Positions 15,305 to 23,993 of a stretch of DNA of 64,000 nt are shown here, piece by piece; positions within the stretch are counted from its first letter, which is position 1; each line of letters starts with the position of its first letter. The position numbers and the translations under genes are program-made. The notes beneath the pieces were generated by a model. That model was not told the DNA's origin, ran no database searches, and saw only the letters and a program-made list of their open reading frames with translations. Source of the DNA: Gaiellaceae bacterium (GTDB lineage: Bacteria; Actinomycetota; Thermoleophilia; Gaiellales; Gaiellaceae); assembly GCA_040902725.1 (NCBI GenBank), contig JBBDWU010000045.1, positions 3,341 through 67,340 of the forward strand, given 5' to 3'.

Positions 15305-18300
15305 CCGCCTGGAGTTCCGGAGGCGCGGCCGACCGCAGCCGCGGCCCGGCGCAGACGACGTCGAGCGCCGGGCAGCCGGCGCAGGCGAACTCGCTCGGCG
15401 TCGGTCGGAACTCGCCGGCCTGGATGCGCGCGATCGCCTCGGTCAGCTCCGCCTCCAGCAGCGGCAGGTCCTCGCGCCGGTAGAGCGCCGCCACCGGCGC
15501 CTCCGGCCGCTCCAGGAACAGGTAGACGACCTCGACCTCCTGCGCGCCGGCCCGGAAGCACGCGAGCGCGTAGACGAGCCGCTGGAGCCGGTACCCCTCC
15601 TCGACGATCTCCTCGGGCGACCGCTCGGCGAGCGTGTTGGTCTTGTAGTCGAGAACGAGGGCGCGCTCGCCGTCGCGATGGAAGACGTCGAGGAAGCCGC
15701 GCAGGAGCACGCCGTCGTGCTCGAAGGTGAAGCGCTGCTCCTGGACGACGCCGTCGAGCCCCGCGAGCCTGCGCGCCGTCTCCGAGTCGCAGTACGCCGC
15801 GAGCAGGCCGCGCACGCGCTCGAGCTCCTCGTCGCCCAGCCGCGCGTCCGCGACCTCGGGGACGCGCGGGTCGCGCAGGTCGACGTGCTCGAGCAGGTCG
15901 TGGACGATGCTGCCGATCTCCGTCGCCCCCACGCCCGTCTCCCCCGGCGCGGCCCCCTCGCGCGGGCGCATGCCCGCGACCCGCTCGGCGAAGTAGCGGT
16001 ACGAGCAGGTGTCGAACGTCGACAGGGCCGTGAAGGAGAGGCGGCGCACCCGGTGCAGCGGCGGCGACGGGATCTCGACCAGCGGCGGCAGCGTCGGGGC
16101 GGCCGCGGGCAGCCGGGCGGCGGCGGCGTCGAAGAGGGCCAGCTGACCGTCCTCGGCGGCGGGTTCCTCCACGGCCGGCTCGGCCGGCAGCTCGCGGTTG
16201 AGCCCGATGACGATCGTCGCGCCGCCCCGCTCCAGCTCCATGCCGTCCGCCAGCTCGCCGGCCTCGAGCCGCGCCAGCACCCAGCTGATCGGCGTGCGCG
16301 CGTCCGGCGCGCGGCCGAGATCGACCGAGCCGGAGACGATCAGCCGGTCGACCGCGCGCGTCATCGCGACGTAGTAAAGGCGCCGCCGCTCGGCCTCCGC
16401 CTCGCGCTCGCTGATCTCCTTCACGTCCATGTAGCCGAACGCGCCCTTGCGCTTGCCCGTCGACGGGTCGGCGACGCGGAAACCGAAGCGGCCGTCGGGC
16501 AACGCGAGGATCTCGTCGGCGGAGGGGACGGCGCGCTCGCGGCCCGCGTCGGCCACGACCACCACCTTGAACTCGAGCCCCTTGGCCGCGTGGATCGTGA
16601 GCAACCGGACCGCGTCCGCGCCCTCCTCCTCGGCCGCCGCCTCGAGCTCCTTCGCGCCCACGGCCTCCTGCTCCCGCACGAAGCGGACGAAGCCCTCCAG
16701 ATCGGGCCCGCGCAGCTCCTCGTAGGAGCGCGCGAGGCGCGCCAGCTTGCGGAGATTCGCGTAGCGACGCCGCCCGTCCCACTTCGCCAGCACGGCGAGG
16801 TCGTAGTCGTGCTCGGCGACGATCCGCTCGCAGAGCCGTTCCAGCGAGAGCGACGACGACGCTGCCGCGAGCCGCTCGTAGCGCTGGAGGAAGGCCCGGC
16901 AGCGCTGCGCGTCGCGGGCCGGGAGCGAGGCGGGAATGCCCTTCTCGAGCCCCGTGAAGAGCGGCCGCTTCGGCGCCGCGCGCCGGATCAGGACGAGCGC
17001 GTCGTTGGAGATCCCGACGAGCGGCGAGGCGAGAACGCTCACGAGCGCCTCGTCGTCGTAGCGATTGTGCAGGAGGCGCAGGTAGGCGAGCAGGTCGCCC
17101 ACCTGCTGCTGGCCGAAGTAGCCCCGCCCGGTCGCCCGGTAGGTCGGCAGGCCGAGGGCACGCAGCTCCTCCTCGAACCACTCGGCGTCGGTGCCGGCCG
17201 CGAAGAGGAGGACGATCTCGCCGGGCGCCGCCTCGCCGTTCGCGACGAGCTCGTGGACGCGCCGGGCGACGTGCTTCGCCTCGGCGCGCCGCCAGTGGAC
17301 GCCCGTGTCCGCAAACACCACCTTGTCGGTGACGAGCAGCTCGACCGGCGTCCCGAAGACGGGGTCGGGGAACTCGCCCGACGCCGTCAGCTCCTGGAAC
17401 TCGTCGCCGAAGTCGGCGCCGAAGAGGTGGTTGATCGCCGCGAGCACCTCGGGCCGGGAGCGGTAGTTCCGGGTCAGCGAGTGGAGCGTCGGCGCCTGCG
17501 CCCGTCGCTCCCGAAAGACGTGCACGTCGGCGTGCCGGAACCCGTAGATCGACTGGAACTCGTCGCCGACGAAGAAGACGTCCTCGGCGCCAGGCGGCGG
17601 CGAAGCCGGGCTTCGCCCGGCGGGAGTCGCAGCCGACCAGCGGCCCGAGAGCAGGTCGATCAGCTCGCACTGGAGGCGGTTCGTGTCCTGGAACTCGTCG
17701 ACCATGATCGCGCGGAAGCGCCAGGCCTCCTGCTGCCGCACCGCCTCGTCGGCGCGCAGAAGGTCGCGCGCGAGCAGCTGGAGGTCTTCGAAGTCGAGCG
17801 CCGACTCGCGGTCCTTGGCAGCCTGGTAGTGGCGCGCGAAGCCGTCGAGGAGCTCCTGGAGCAGGTCGCGGTCGCGAACGGCGAGCTCGTCGAGCGCCGC
17901 CTGCTCGACCGCGCGCCGCGCCTCCTCGTACGTGGCGGCGCGCTCGCCCTTGATCCGGAGGTCGGAAAGGTCGAGCAGCAGCTCGGGGGCCGTGCGGCGG
18001 TCGAGCAGCTCGACCGCGCGCGCGGCGACCTCGTCGCCCTCCTCGACGAGGCAGCGTGCGGCTTCCTTCAGCGCCGGCAGCAGCTCGTCGAGGCGCGGCC
18101 CCTCGCCCAGCTCGAGCACGAGGTCCCGGCCGGCCGCCCGCAGGGTTTCGTAGACGCCGGTCAGCATCCGGCGCAGGCTGCGCGCGCCGTAGGTGGAGAG
18201 CAGCGCCGTCCGCTCGGGCGCGCCGCCGGCGCAGAACTCCACGAGCGCGGACGCGAACGCCTCGCTCTGGAGCACGCGCGCCTGGTTGTCGTCCAGCACG

Positions 18301-18629
18301 CGGAAGCGCGGGTCGACCTCGGCGGCGAAGGGGTAGGCACGCAGCAGCCGGTGGCAGAGGCCGTGGATCGTCGAGATCCAGGCGCCGTCGAGCTCGCGGG
18401 CGAGGTCGGCGCGGCCGAGCTCCACCAGCCGCGCCCGGATCCGCGAGCGCAGCTCCCCGGCGGCCTTCTCGGTGTAGGTGATGACGAGGATCGAGCCGAC
18501 GTCGAGCCCGCGCTCGCAGACCGCGCGCGCGAAGCGCTCGACGAGTACGGCCGTCTTCCCCGTGCCAGCGCCGGCGGAGACGAAGACGACGCCTTCCGCC
18601 TCGACCGCTGCCAGCTGCTCGGGGTTCAT
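15297..18629 (-). CDS. addA: UvrD-type helicase / RecB-family nuclease subunit A (AddA/AdnB-like)
   Basis: ATG 18629 gives MNPEQLAAVEA..SAGAGTGKTAVL (Walker A)..DEFQDTN. The C-terminal PD-(D/E)xK region has LVLDYKTN plus Cys residues (FDTCSYRYF; CAGCPALDVVC). There is an ATGA overlap with the addB stop. Confidence 0.88.
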   Translation of the reverse strand: MNPEQLAAVEAEGVVFVSAGAGTGKTAVLVERFARAVCERGLDVGSILVITYTEKAAGELRSRIRARLVELGRADLARELDGAWISTIHGLCHRLLRAYPFAAEVDPRFRVLDDNQARVLQSEAFASALVEFCAGGAPERTALLSTYGARSLRRMLTGVYETLRAAGRDLVLELGEGPRLDELLPALKEAARCLVEEGDEVAARAVELLDRRTAPELLLDLSDLRIKGERAATYEEARRAVEQAALDELAVRDRDLLQELLDGFARHYQAAKDRESALDFEDLQLLARDLLRADEAVRQQEAWRFRAIMVDEFQDTNRLQCELIDLLSGRWSAATPAGRSPASPPPGAEDVFFVGDEFQSIYGFRHADVHVFRERRAQAPTLHSLTRNYRSRPEVLAAINHLFGADFGDEFQELTASGEFPDPVFGTPVELLVTDKVVFADTGVHWRRAEAKHVARRVHELVANGEAAPGEIVLLFAAGTDAEWFEEELRALGLPTYRATGRGYFGQQQVGDLLAYLRLLHNRYDDEALVSVLASPLVGISNDALVLIRRAAPKRPLFTGLEKGIPASLPARDAQRCRAFLQRYERLAAASSSLSLERLCERIVAEHDYDLAVLAKWDGRRRYANLRKLARLARSYEELRGPDLEGFVRFVREQEAVGAKELEAAAEEEGADAVRLLTIHAAKGLEFKVVVVADAGRERAVPSADEILALPDGRFGFRVADPSTGKRKGAFGYMDVKEISEREAEAERRRLYYVAMTRAVDRLIVSGSVDLGRAPDARTPISWVLARLEAGELADGMELERGGATIVIGLNRELPAEPAVEEPAAEDGQLALFDAAAARLPAAAPTLPPLVEIPSPPLHRVRRLSFTALSTFDTCSYRYFAERVAGMRPREGAAPGETGVGATEIGSIVHDLLEHVDLRDPRVPEVADARLGDEELERVRGLLAAYCDSETARRLAGLDGVVQEQRFTFEHDGVLLRGFLDVFHRDGERALVLDYKTNTLAERSPEEIVEEGYRLQRLVYALACFRAGAQEVEVVYLFLERPEAPVAALYRREDLPLLEAELTEAIARIQAGEFRPTPSEFACAGCPALDVVCAGPRLRSAAPPELQAVG

Positions 18630-21538
18630 GCGCGCTTCACCCGGCACATCGTCCAGAGCTCGCACCAGTCAGGGCAGGGGCCGAAGCGCGGATCGTGCGC
18701 GACGTCGCCGGAGCGCATCCGCTCGACGACCGCGACCGCCCGCTCGCGGGCGCCGTCCACCTGGCCCCAGAACTCGTCCTCCTCGAGGTAGTCGTTCTTG
18801 TGGAACCCGGGCACGCCGTCCTCGCTGAAGTCCCGGCGCAGCAGGCCGCGCGCCTCGCGCTTGCCCGCCAGCGGCCGGTAGACGCCGCCGAGCGGCTCGA
18901 CGCCGATCAGGTCGCGCAGGACGAGCATGTAGAGCGGGATCTGGAGCCTCAGCTCGTCCTCGATCTTCTGCGCGCCCTGCGCGCTCGCGCCCGACTTGTA
19001 GTCCTGGACGATCCCGCGCGCCGAGAACGGGTCGAGGTCGATCCGGTCGATCTTGCCGGTCAGCCGGAACGTCCCCAGGTCGAGCCCGCCGACGGACGAG
19101 CGCTCGCCGCCGAAGAGGACCTCGAACTTGCTGGGGACGAGCGGCGACTCCTGCTCGGCCTCCGCGCGCACGACCGCCTCGAGGTCGCGCCGCAGGCCGC
19201 CCTCGAGCTCGAGCCGCTGGAGCTCGCTCAGCTCCATCCGCACGCCGGCCAGGGCCGCCTCCAGGCACTCGCCCATGAACGCGATCGCGTCGTCGAGCTT
19301 GTCCGGGTGCACGCGGTCGGCGCCGAGCCGCTTGGGCACGCCGGAGAAGAACTTGTAGAGGGCGGAGTGCGCGACCGAGCCGCGGAGCCGCGCGTCCACC
19401 TCCGCGTCGATCTGCCGCGGCGAGAGCACGCGCTCGACGAACCAGATCGAGGAGCAGTCGGCGAACGCCTCCAGCTCGGTGACCGAGAAGGTCGCCCGGG
19501 CGCGGAGCTCCTCGAGCACGGCAGGGTGGGTGAGCCGCGTCGGGCGCTCGAAGGCGGCGAGGGCGCGCTCGAGGCGCCGCTCCCAGCCGTTGGCGAGCGC
19601 GACCGACGTGGCCGAGTCGGGATCGGAGGCGGCGAGCGCCGCGACGGCGCGGGCGCGCTCCCGCTCCGTCGGCGCCGCCTCGAGCGGCCAGGTGAGGGCC
19701 GAGAGCGGGCGCTTGCGGGTCCAGCGAGCGACCTCGGCGGGGTCGAAGACCGCGCGCGTCTCGTCCCAGAACGGGCTCGCGTCGCGCGGCGCGCCGTCGT
19801 CGCCCGCCGCTTCCCGGACGAGCGAGAGCCGCTTCGTGGCGCGGGTGCACGCGGTGTAGAAGAGGTAACGGTCGCGCGCGACCGGGTCGGGGCGCACGAG
19901 GCGCGAGCCGCGGCTCTCGTCCAGCTCGCGGCGGCGCTCGTCGTCGAGGAACGGCGAGGCGGCGCCGCGGCGCGGGAGGCTCCCGCCCTCGAGCCCGAGC
20001 ACGAAGACCGTCTCCGCGAGCCGCGTTCGCGCGCGGTCGAGCTCGACGACCGGCACGCGGCCGGGCTCGCCGATCGAGTCCAGCCGCACCCGCGAGCGCT
20101 CCAGAGCGTGCAGCACCTCCTCGCGCGTGGGCTCGAGCGGCTCCAGCTCGTCGAGCAGCTCCGCGACCGTCTCGTACGCGCGCAGGTCGGTCACCGTCCG
20201 GGCCGACGGCTGGACGCCCTCGAGCCCGTGCGCGGCGCGCGCCATCGCCGCCGCGAGGCCGCGGACCGCGGCGAGCGTCCCCGGTGCCGACCGCAGCGCC
20301 TCGAGCGCGGGGAACGGCGATCCCCGCAGCGCGATCGCCTCCTCCTCGACCCGCTCGTCGCGAACGGCGCGGCCGCGCAACCTGCCCTCGAGGAAGTCCG
20401 CGTGCGCGCGGGCGAGACCGGAGTACGGAGAGCGGAGGAACGCGAAGAGCGCCCGGCGCGCCGGCTCGCCCCAGGCGTAACGGAGCAGCGAGAGGAGCGC
20501 GTGGCCGAAGGGGGCCTGGCCGAGCCGCATGCGCCCCTCGAGCGCGTAGGGGATGCCGAGCGTCGTGAAGGCGGTCTCGATCGGGGCGCGCCAGCGTTCG
20601 AGGCCGGGGCAGACGACGAGCACCTCCTCGGGAGCGGTGTCCGCGCGCAGGAGGGCCAGGATCTCCTCGCCGACGAGCTCGGCCGTCCCGCGCCGGCCCG
20701 CGCCCTCGAGCCAGCGGACGGCGCCCTCGAGCTGAGGCGGCTGCTCCTGAGCCGCGTCGGCGAAGAGGGCCCGCTCCAGGTGCGCGAGCGCGGGATGGGC
20801 GACCTCCGCGTACCGCGGCGGCATGGTCTCGAAGTCCTCCGCGAGCTTTCCGAGGTCGGCGGCCGTGCGCTCGAGCGCGGCGAAGGCGGGGCGGCCCGGC
20901 TCGTACGGGAGGGAGACGCACACCTCCGCCCGGCCGGCAAGCGCCTCGAGCAGCCGCCACTGGGCGGCGGTCAGGTCCTCGAAGCCGTAGGCGAAGACGG
21001 GGCTCCCGTCCCACGCCTCGAGCTCGGAGGCCAGCCGCTCCGCGGCGTGCCGGCGCTCGAGATCCCGGTCCCAGACGCCACGCCGCTCGAGCTCCGCGCG
21101 GTAGGCCGCGTGCAGCTCGGCCAGGCGGCTGCCCTGATGATGGTCGGGGTCGAGGAGCCCGCGCTCGAGATCGCGGATCGCGTCGGCGAGCGCGTCGGCG
21201 AAGCCGGAGAAGCGGGCCGAGGCGCCGAGGCCGTTCAGCGGCGCGGCCGCGACCGTGCGGCGCAGGATCAGCGCGCGCTGGGCGTCGGAGAGCGCCGGCC
21301 GCGCCTCGGTCCCCGCGCGGCCGATGCGCTCGAAGAGATCGTCGAACGTGCCGATCCAGCCGCCGAGCAGGCACGGATCGCGGCTCAGCAGGTCCCGCTC
21401 GACCCGCTCGACGTCCGACCGGTTGGGCACGATCAGGACAGCGCCGCGCGGAAGTGCGACGAGATAGCGCTCGAGCAGCAGCGCGACTTTGCCTGCATTC
21501 GCGGGCCCCGCGACCAGGGTCAGCCCCATTCGACCCAT
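18626..21538 (-). CDS. addB: Helicase-nuclease subunit B (AddB-like, Fe-S nuclease)
   Basis: The N-terminus has VAGPANAGKV (Walker A). The C-terminus has IVQDYKSG (nuclease), and Cys residues FADCSSIW plus CPDWCELWTMC look like the AddB-type 4Fe-4S ligands. Confidence 0.85.
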   Translation of the reverse strand: MGRMGLTLVAGPANAGKVALLLERYLVALPRGAVLIVPNRSDVERVERDLLSRDPCLLGGWIGTFDDLFERIGRAGTEARPALSDAQRALILRRTVAAAPLNGLGASARFSGFADALADAIRDLERGLLDPDHHQGSRLAELHAAYRAELERRGVWDRDLERRHAAERLASELEAWDGSPVFAYGFEDLTAAQWRLLEALAGRAEVCVSLPYEPGRPAFAALERTAADLGKLAEDFETMPPRYAEVAHPALAHLERALFADAAQEQPPQLEGAVRWLEGAGRRGTAELVGEEILALLRADTAPEEVLVVCPGLERWRAPIETAFTTLGIPYALEGRMRLGQAPFGHALLSLLRYAWGEPARRALFAFLRSPYSGLARAHADFLEGRLRGRAVRDERVEEEAIALRGSPFPALEALRSAPGTLAAVRGLAAAMARAAHGLEGVQPSARTVTDLRAYETVAELLDELEPLEPTREEVLHALERSRVRLDSIGEPGRVPVVELDRARTRLAETVFVLGLEGGSLPRRGAASPFLDDERRRELDESRGSRLVRPDPVARDRYLFYTACTRATKRLSLVREAAGDDGAPRDASPFWDETRAVFDPAEVARWTRKRPLSALTWPLEAAPTERERARAVAALAASDPDSATSVALANGWERRLERALAAFERPTRLTHPAVLEELRARATFSVTELEAFADCSSIWFVERVLSPRQIDAEVDARLRGSVAHSALYKFFSGVPKRLGADRVHPDKLDDAIAFMGECLEAALAGVRMELSELQRLELEGGLRRDLEAVVRAEAEQESPLVPSKFEVLFGGERSSVGGLDLGTFRLTGKIDRIDLDPFSARGIVQDYKSGASAQGAQKIEDELRLQIPLYMLVLRDLIGVEPLGGVYRPLAGKREARGLLRRDFSEDGVPGFHKNDYLEEDEFWGQVDGARERAVAVVERMRSGDVAHDPRFGPCPDWCELWTMCRVKRA

Positions 21539-21618
21539 CGTAGTGACGGGGGTTGACGGCCCCTAGGCGCCGGGGCGCAAAGAGCGTGAAAAAGAAGTGC
21601 GCCGGGTCTGGAGCGGGC

Positions 21619-21822
21619 CTAGGTCTGGGCCGACTTCGGCCGGCGGCCGCGCCGGGCCACGCTACGGCCCTGCGAAGCCAGGTTCTCGGCCTCTTCGTCG
21701 GTCACGTCGAGCTCGCGGACACCCTTGCGAGCGTCGCGATACGTGATCCGAATCGTCGCGCCCTTCCCTTCGGCGATCTCGCGGCCTGAGATATCGGAGA
21801 CGAGCACCATCTTGCGAGCCAA
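21619..21822 (-). CDS. Lsr2-like mini-protein (N-terminal-domain-like fold plus a basic RGRRP tail), 67 aa
   Basis: TTG 21822 lies 5 nt after the SD gaaggagg. The product is MARKMVLVSDISGREIAEGKGATIRITYRDARKGVRELDVTDEEAENLASQGRSVARRGRRPKSAQT. Compare Lsr2 MAKKVTVTLVDDFDG..VEFGLDGVTYEIDLS..NA..L (from memory). The track ORF start at 21882 is less likely. Confidence 0.45.
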   Translation of the reverse strand: MARKMVLVSDISGREIAEGKGATIRITYRDARKGVRELDVTDEEAENLASQGRSVARRGRRPKSAQT

Positions 21823-21871
21823 GATTTCCTCCTTCGCTTTGACCGTTCTGCGCATTAAATCCACACGGTAA

Positions 21872-22888
21872 CTAGGCCGCAACCCTTGAGCTGCGAATTC
21901 GCCACGATCGCAACAAAGACAACAGCGCCCGCTCCTCCACGTCGAGGCCGATATCCCGGGCGCCCACGACGCGCAAATGCCGGGGGCGGAAATCCTCCAG
22001 CGTGCGCCCCTCGAGATACTGCTCGACGACCGCCGGGTTGACGTATGACGCGCGCGCCACCGCCGGCGTGTTTCCGAGCTTCTCCCCCACCGTGCGCATC
22101 ACGGCGGCCACGGTCCGCTTCGCCGCGGCCTCGGTCTCCGCCGGCCCGTGCTCCGCGAGCGCGATCGCGGCCAGCAGCGTGCCGCCCCACGTGCGGAAGT
22201 CCTTGGCCGTGTACTCCGGGCCGAGGTGCTCGCCGATGTACGCGTTCAGGCGCGCGCCGGTGAGGTTGCCGAGCTCGCCGTCGAGCCTGTACCTGAAGAG
22301 GCGCGAGCCGCCGTCGAGCGCGAGCAGCCCGCGGATCTCCTCGGCCAGCTCCTCGTCGGCGATCGTCTGCCGCACCTGCGCGCGCCCCTTGCCGCGGAAG
22401 CAGAACGCGATCCGGTGGCCGCGCACCGTGACGTGCCGCTTGCGCAGCGTGGTGATCCCGTACGTGCGCGCGCTCTTCGCGTAGCGCTCCGACCCGACGC
22501 GGAACCAGCCGAGGTTGATGAGGCGGACGGCGACCGCGCAGACCCGTTCCGGGTCGAGCTCTTCGAGCCCCATGTGCTCGGACATCGCCGCGCGCAGGTC
22601 CGGAAGCCGCTCGCCGAAGAGCACGAGACCGTCGAATTTCGCCTCCTCCTGCGCCGCCCGGAACTTCGCGCTGTAGAGATACTGGCGCCGGCCCGCCGCG
22701 TCGGTGCCGGTCGCCTGGAGCTTCGCCCCAGGATGAGGCGAGATCCACACGTCGCGCCAGGCCGGCGGGATCGCCAGCTCCTCGATCCGCGCGAGCGCAT
22801 CCGAATCCGCGATGCGGTTGCCGCGCGAGTCGAGGTAGCGAAACCGCCCCTTCGACCCCACCCTCCTCCAGCCTCCTCGACGGGCCAT
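21872..22888 (-). CDS. DNA topoisomerase IB (poxvirus-like bacterial type)
   Basis: ATG 22888 gives MARRGGWRRVGSKGRFRYLD..IPPAWRDVWI..YLYS..TLRKRHV..FRGKGR..TAKDFRTWGGT..ARASYVNP (catalytic Tyr region). The upstream part of track ORF 21872..23287 has shadow-like composition. Confidence 0.85.
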   Translation of the reverse strand: MARRGGWRRVGSKGRFRYLDSRGNRIADSDALARIEELAIPPAWRDVWISPHPGAKLQATGTDAAGRRQYLYSAKFRAAQEEAKFDGLVLFGERLPDLRAAMSEHMGLEELDPERVCAVAVRLINLGWFRVGSERYAKSARTYGITTLRKRHVTVRGHRIAFCFRGKGRAQVRQTIADEELAEEIRGLLALDGGSRLFRYRLDGELGNLTGARLNAYIGEHLGPEYTAKDFRTWGGTLLAAIALAEHGPAETEAAAKRTVAAVMRTVGEKLGNTPAVARASYVNPAVVEQYLEGRTLEDFRPRHLRVVGARDIGLDVEERALLSLLRSWRIRSSRVAA

Positions 22889-22919
22889 CCTGCGAGCTTT
22901 CCAGAGTAACCTCCGAGCG

Positions 22920-23993
22920 GTGGACGCAAACACGATCGTGGTGCTCGAGGGCGACGACACCGGGCAGGAGCTGCTCGAGGAGGCGCTGCGCGTGCTGGCA
23001 GCCGGCGTGATCGGGATCGAGCTCGAGTTCCCGCGGGTCGACCTCTCACTGGAGCGGCGGCGCGAGACGAAGAACGCGGTCGTGCACGAGGCGGCCGCGG
23101 CGATCCGCGAGGTCGGCATGGGCCTCAAGGCCGCCACGATCACGCCCGAGGGCGCGGACGACGTCGGCTCGCCGAACCGGATCCTGCGGGAGAAGATCGG
23201 CGGCAAGGTGATCGTGCGCACCGGGCGCCGGATCCCCGGCATCGTCCCGCTCGGCGGCGTCCACGCGCCGATCTCGATCGTGCGCATGGCCGTCGGCGAC
23301 GCCTACGGCGCCGAGGAGTGGCGCGAGGGGTCGGGCGACGACGAGGTCGCGCTGCGGACGGAGCGGATCGAGCGGCGGATCTGCCGCGCGGTCGCCGAGT
23401 ACGCCTTCCGCCTCGCCGAGCGCACGGGCGCGAAGGTCTTCGGCGGCCCGAAGTACACGGTCAGCCCGGTGTACGAGGGGATGCTGAAGGAGGAGATGGA
23501 CGCCGCCGCCGCGCGACACCCCGGCGTGCCCTACGAGCCGCAACTGATCGACGCGACCTTCGCCCTCCTGATCGCCGCGTCGGGCGACCCGCTCGTCATC
23601 CCCGCGCTCAACCGCGACGGCGACATCCTCTCCGACCTCGTCCTGCCGCTGTTCGGCTCGATCGCGGGCTCGGAGTCGCTCCTGATCGCGTTCGACGAGG
23701 ACTACGCGCCGCGCGCGCTGATGGCGGAAGCCGCCCACGGGACGGCGCCCTCGCTGCAGGGGAAGAACGTGGCGAACCCGATGGCGATGATCCTGGCGGG
23801 CGCCGCGCTGCTCGCGCACGGCTCGGACGAAGGCGCCCAGCAGGCGGGGCGCGCGATCCGCGAAGCCTGCCTGGAGGCGGTGGCGCAGGGCGTCCGGACG
23901 GCCGACCTCGGCGGCCACGCCTCGACGACCGAGTTCACGGACGAGGTGATCGGGCGCGTCCGCGCGAAGCTGGAGGTCTGGTCGGCCCTCTAG
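22920..23993 (+). CDS. Isocitrate/isopropylmalate dehydrogenase-family protein
   Basis: GDDTGQELLEEA..NRDGDILSDL..AEAAHGTAP..NPMAMILAGAALL. The GTG start at 22920 is preceded by TAACCT 7 nt upstream. Confidence 0.8.
   Translation: MDANTIVVLEGDDTGQELLEEALRVLAAGVIGIELEFPRVDLSLERRRETKNAVVHEAAAAIREVGMGLKAATITPEGADDVGSPNRILREKIGGKVIVRTGRRIPGIVPLGGVHAPISIVRMAVGDAYGAEEWREGSGDDEVALRTERIERRICRAVAEYAFRLAERTGAKVFGGPKYTVSPVYEGMLKEEMDAAAARHPGVPYEPQLIDATFALLIAASGDPLVIPALNRDGDILSDLVLPLFGSIAGSESLLIAFDEDYAPRALMAEAAHGTAPSLQGKNVANPMAMILAGAALLAHGSDEGAQQAGRAIREACLEAVAQGVRTADLGGHASTTEFTDEVIGRVRAKLEVWSAL

Noticed and set aside
15153-18791. A 1212-aa ORF on the plus strand. Similar very long ORFs occur at 18695..21556(+), 23318..26038(+), 77..1096(+), 12097..13416(-), 45669..47534(-), 27959..29812(-), 6277..7929(+), 34629..36506(+) and 53334..55052(+).
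   Set aside because: These are antisense shadows of well-supported genes (addA, addB, the cyclase paralogs, trxB, pntB, gdh, comM, plsX). Their composition is Arg/Ala/Pro/Gly-dominated, they carry no recognisable motifs, and long open antisense frames are expected in DNA this GC-rich.
23990-23993. Convergent genes sharing a palindromic CTAG as both stop codons (IDH-like gene and cyclase paralog 3).
   Set aside because: This is a simple consequence of TAG stops on both strands in a compact genome. No further structure was seen.
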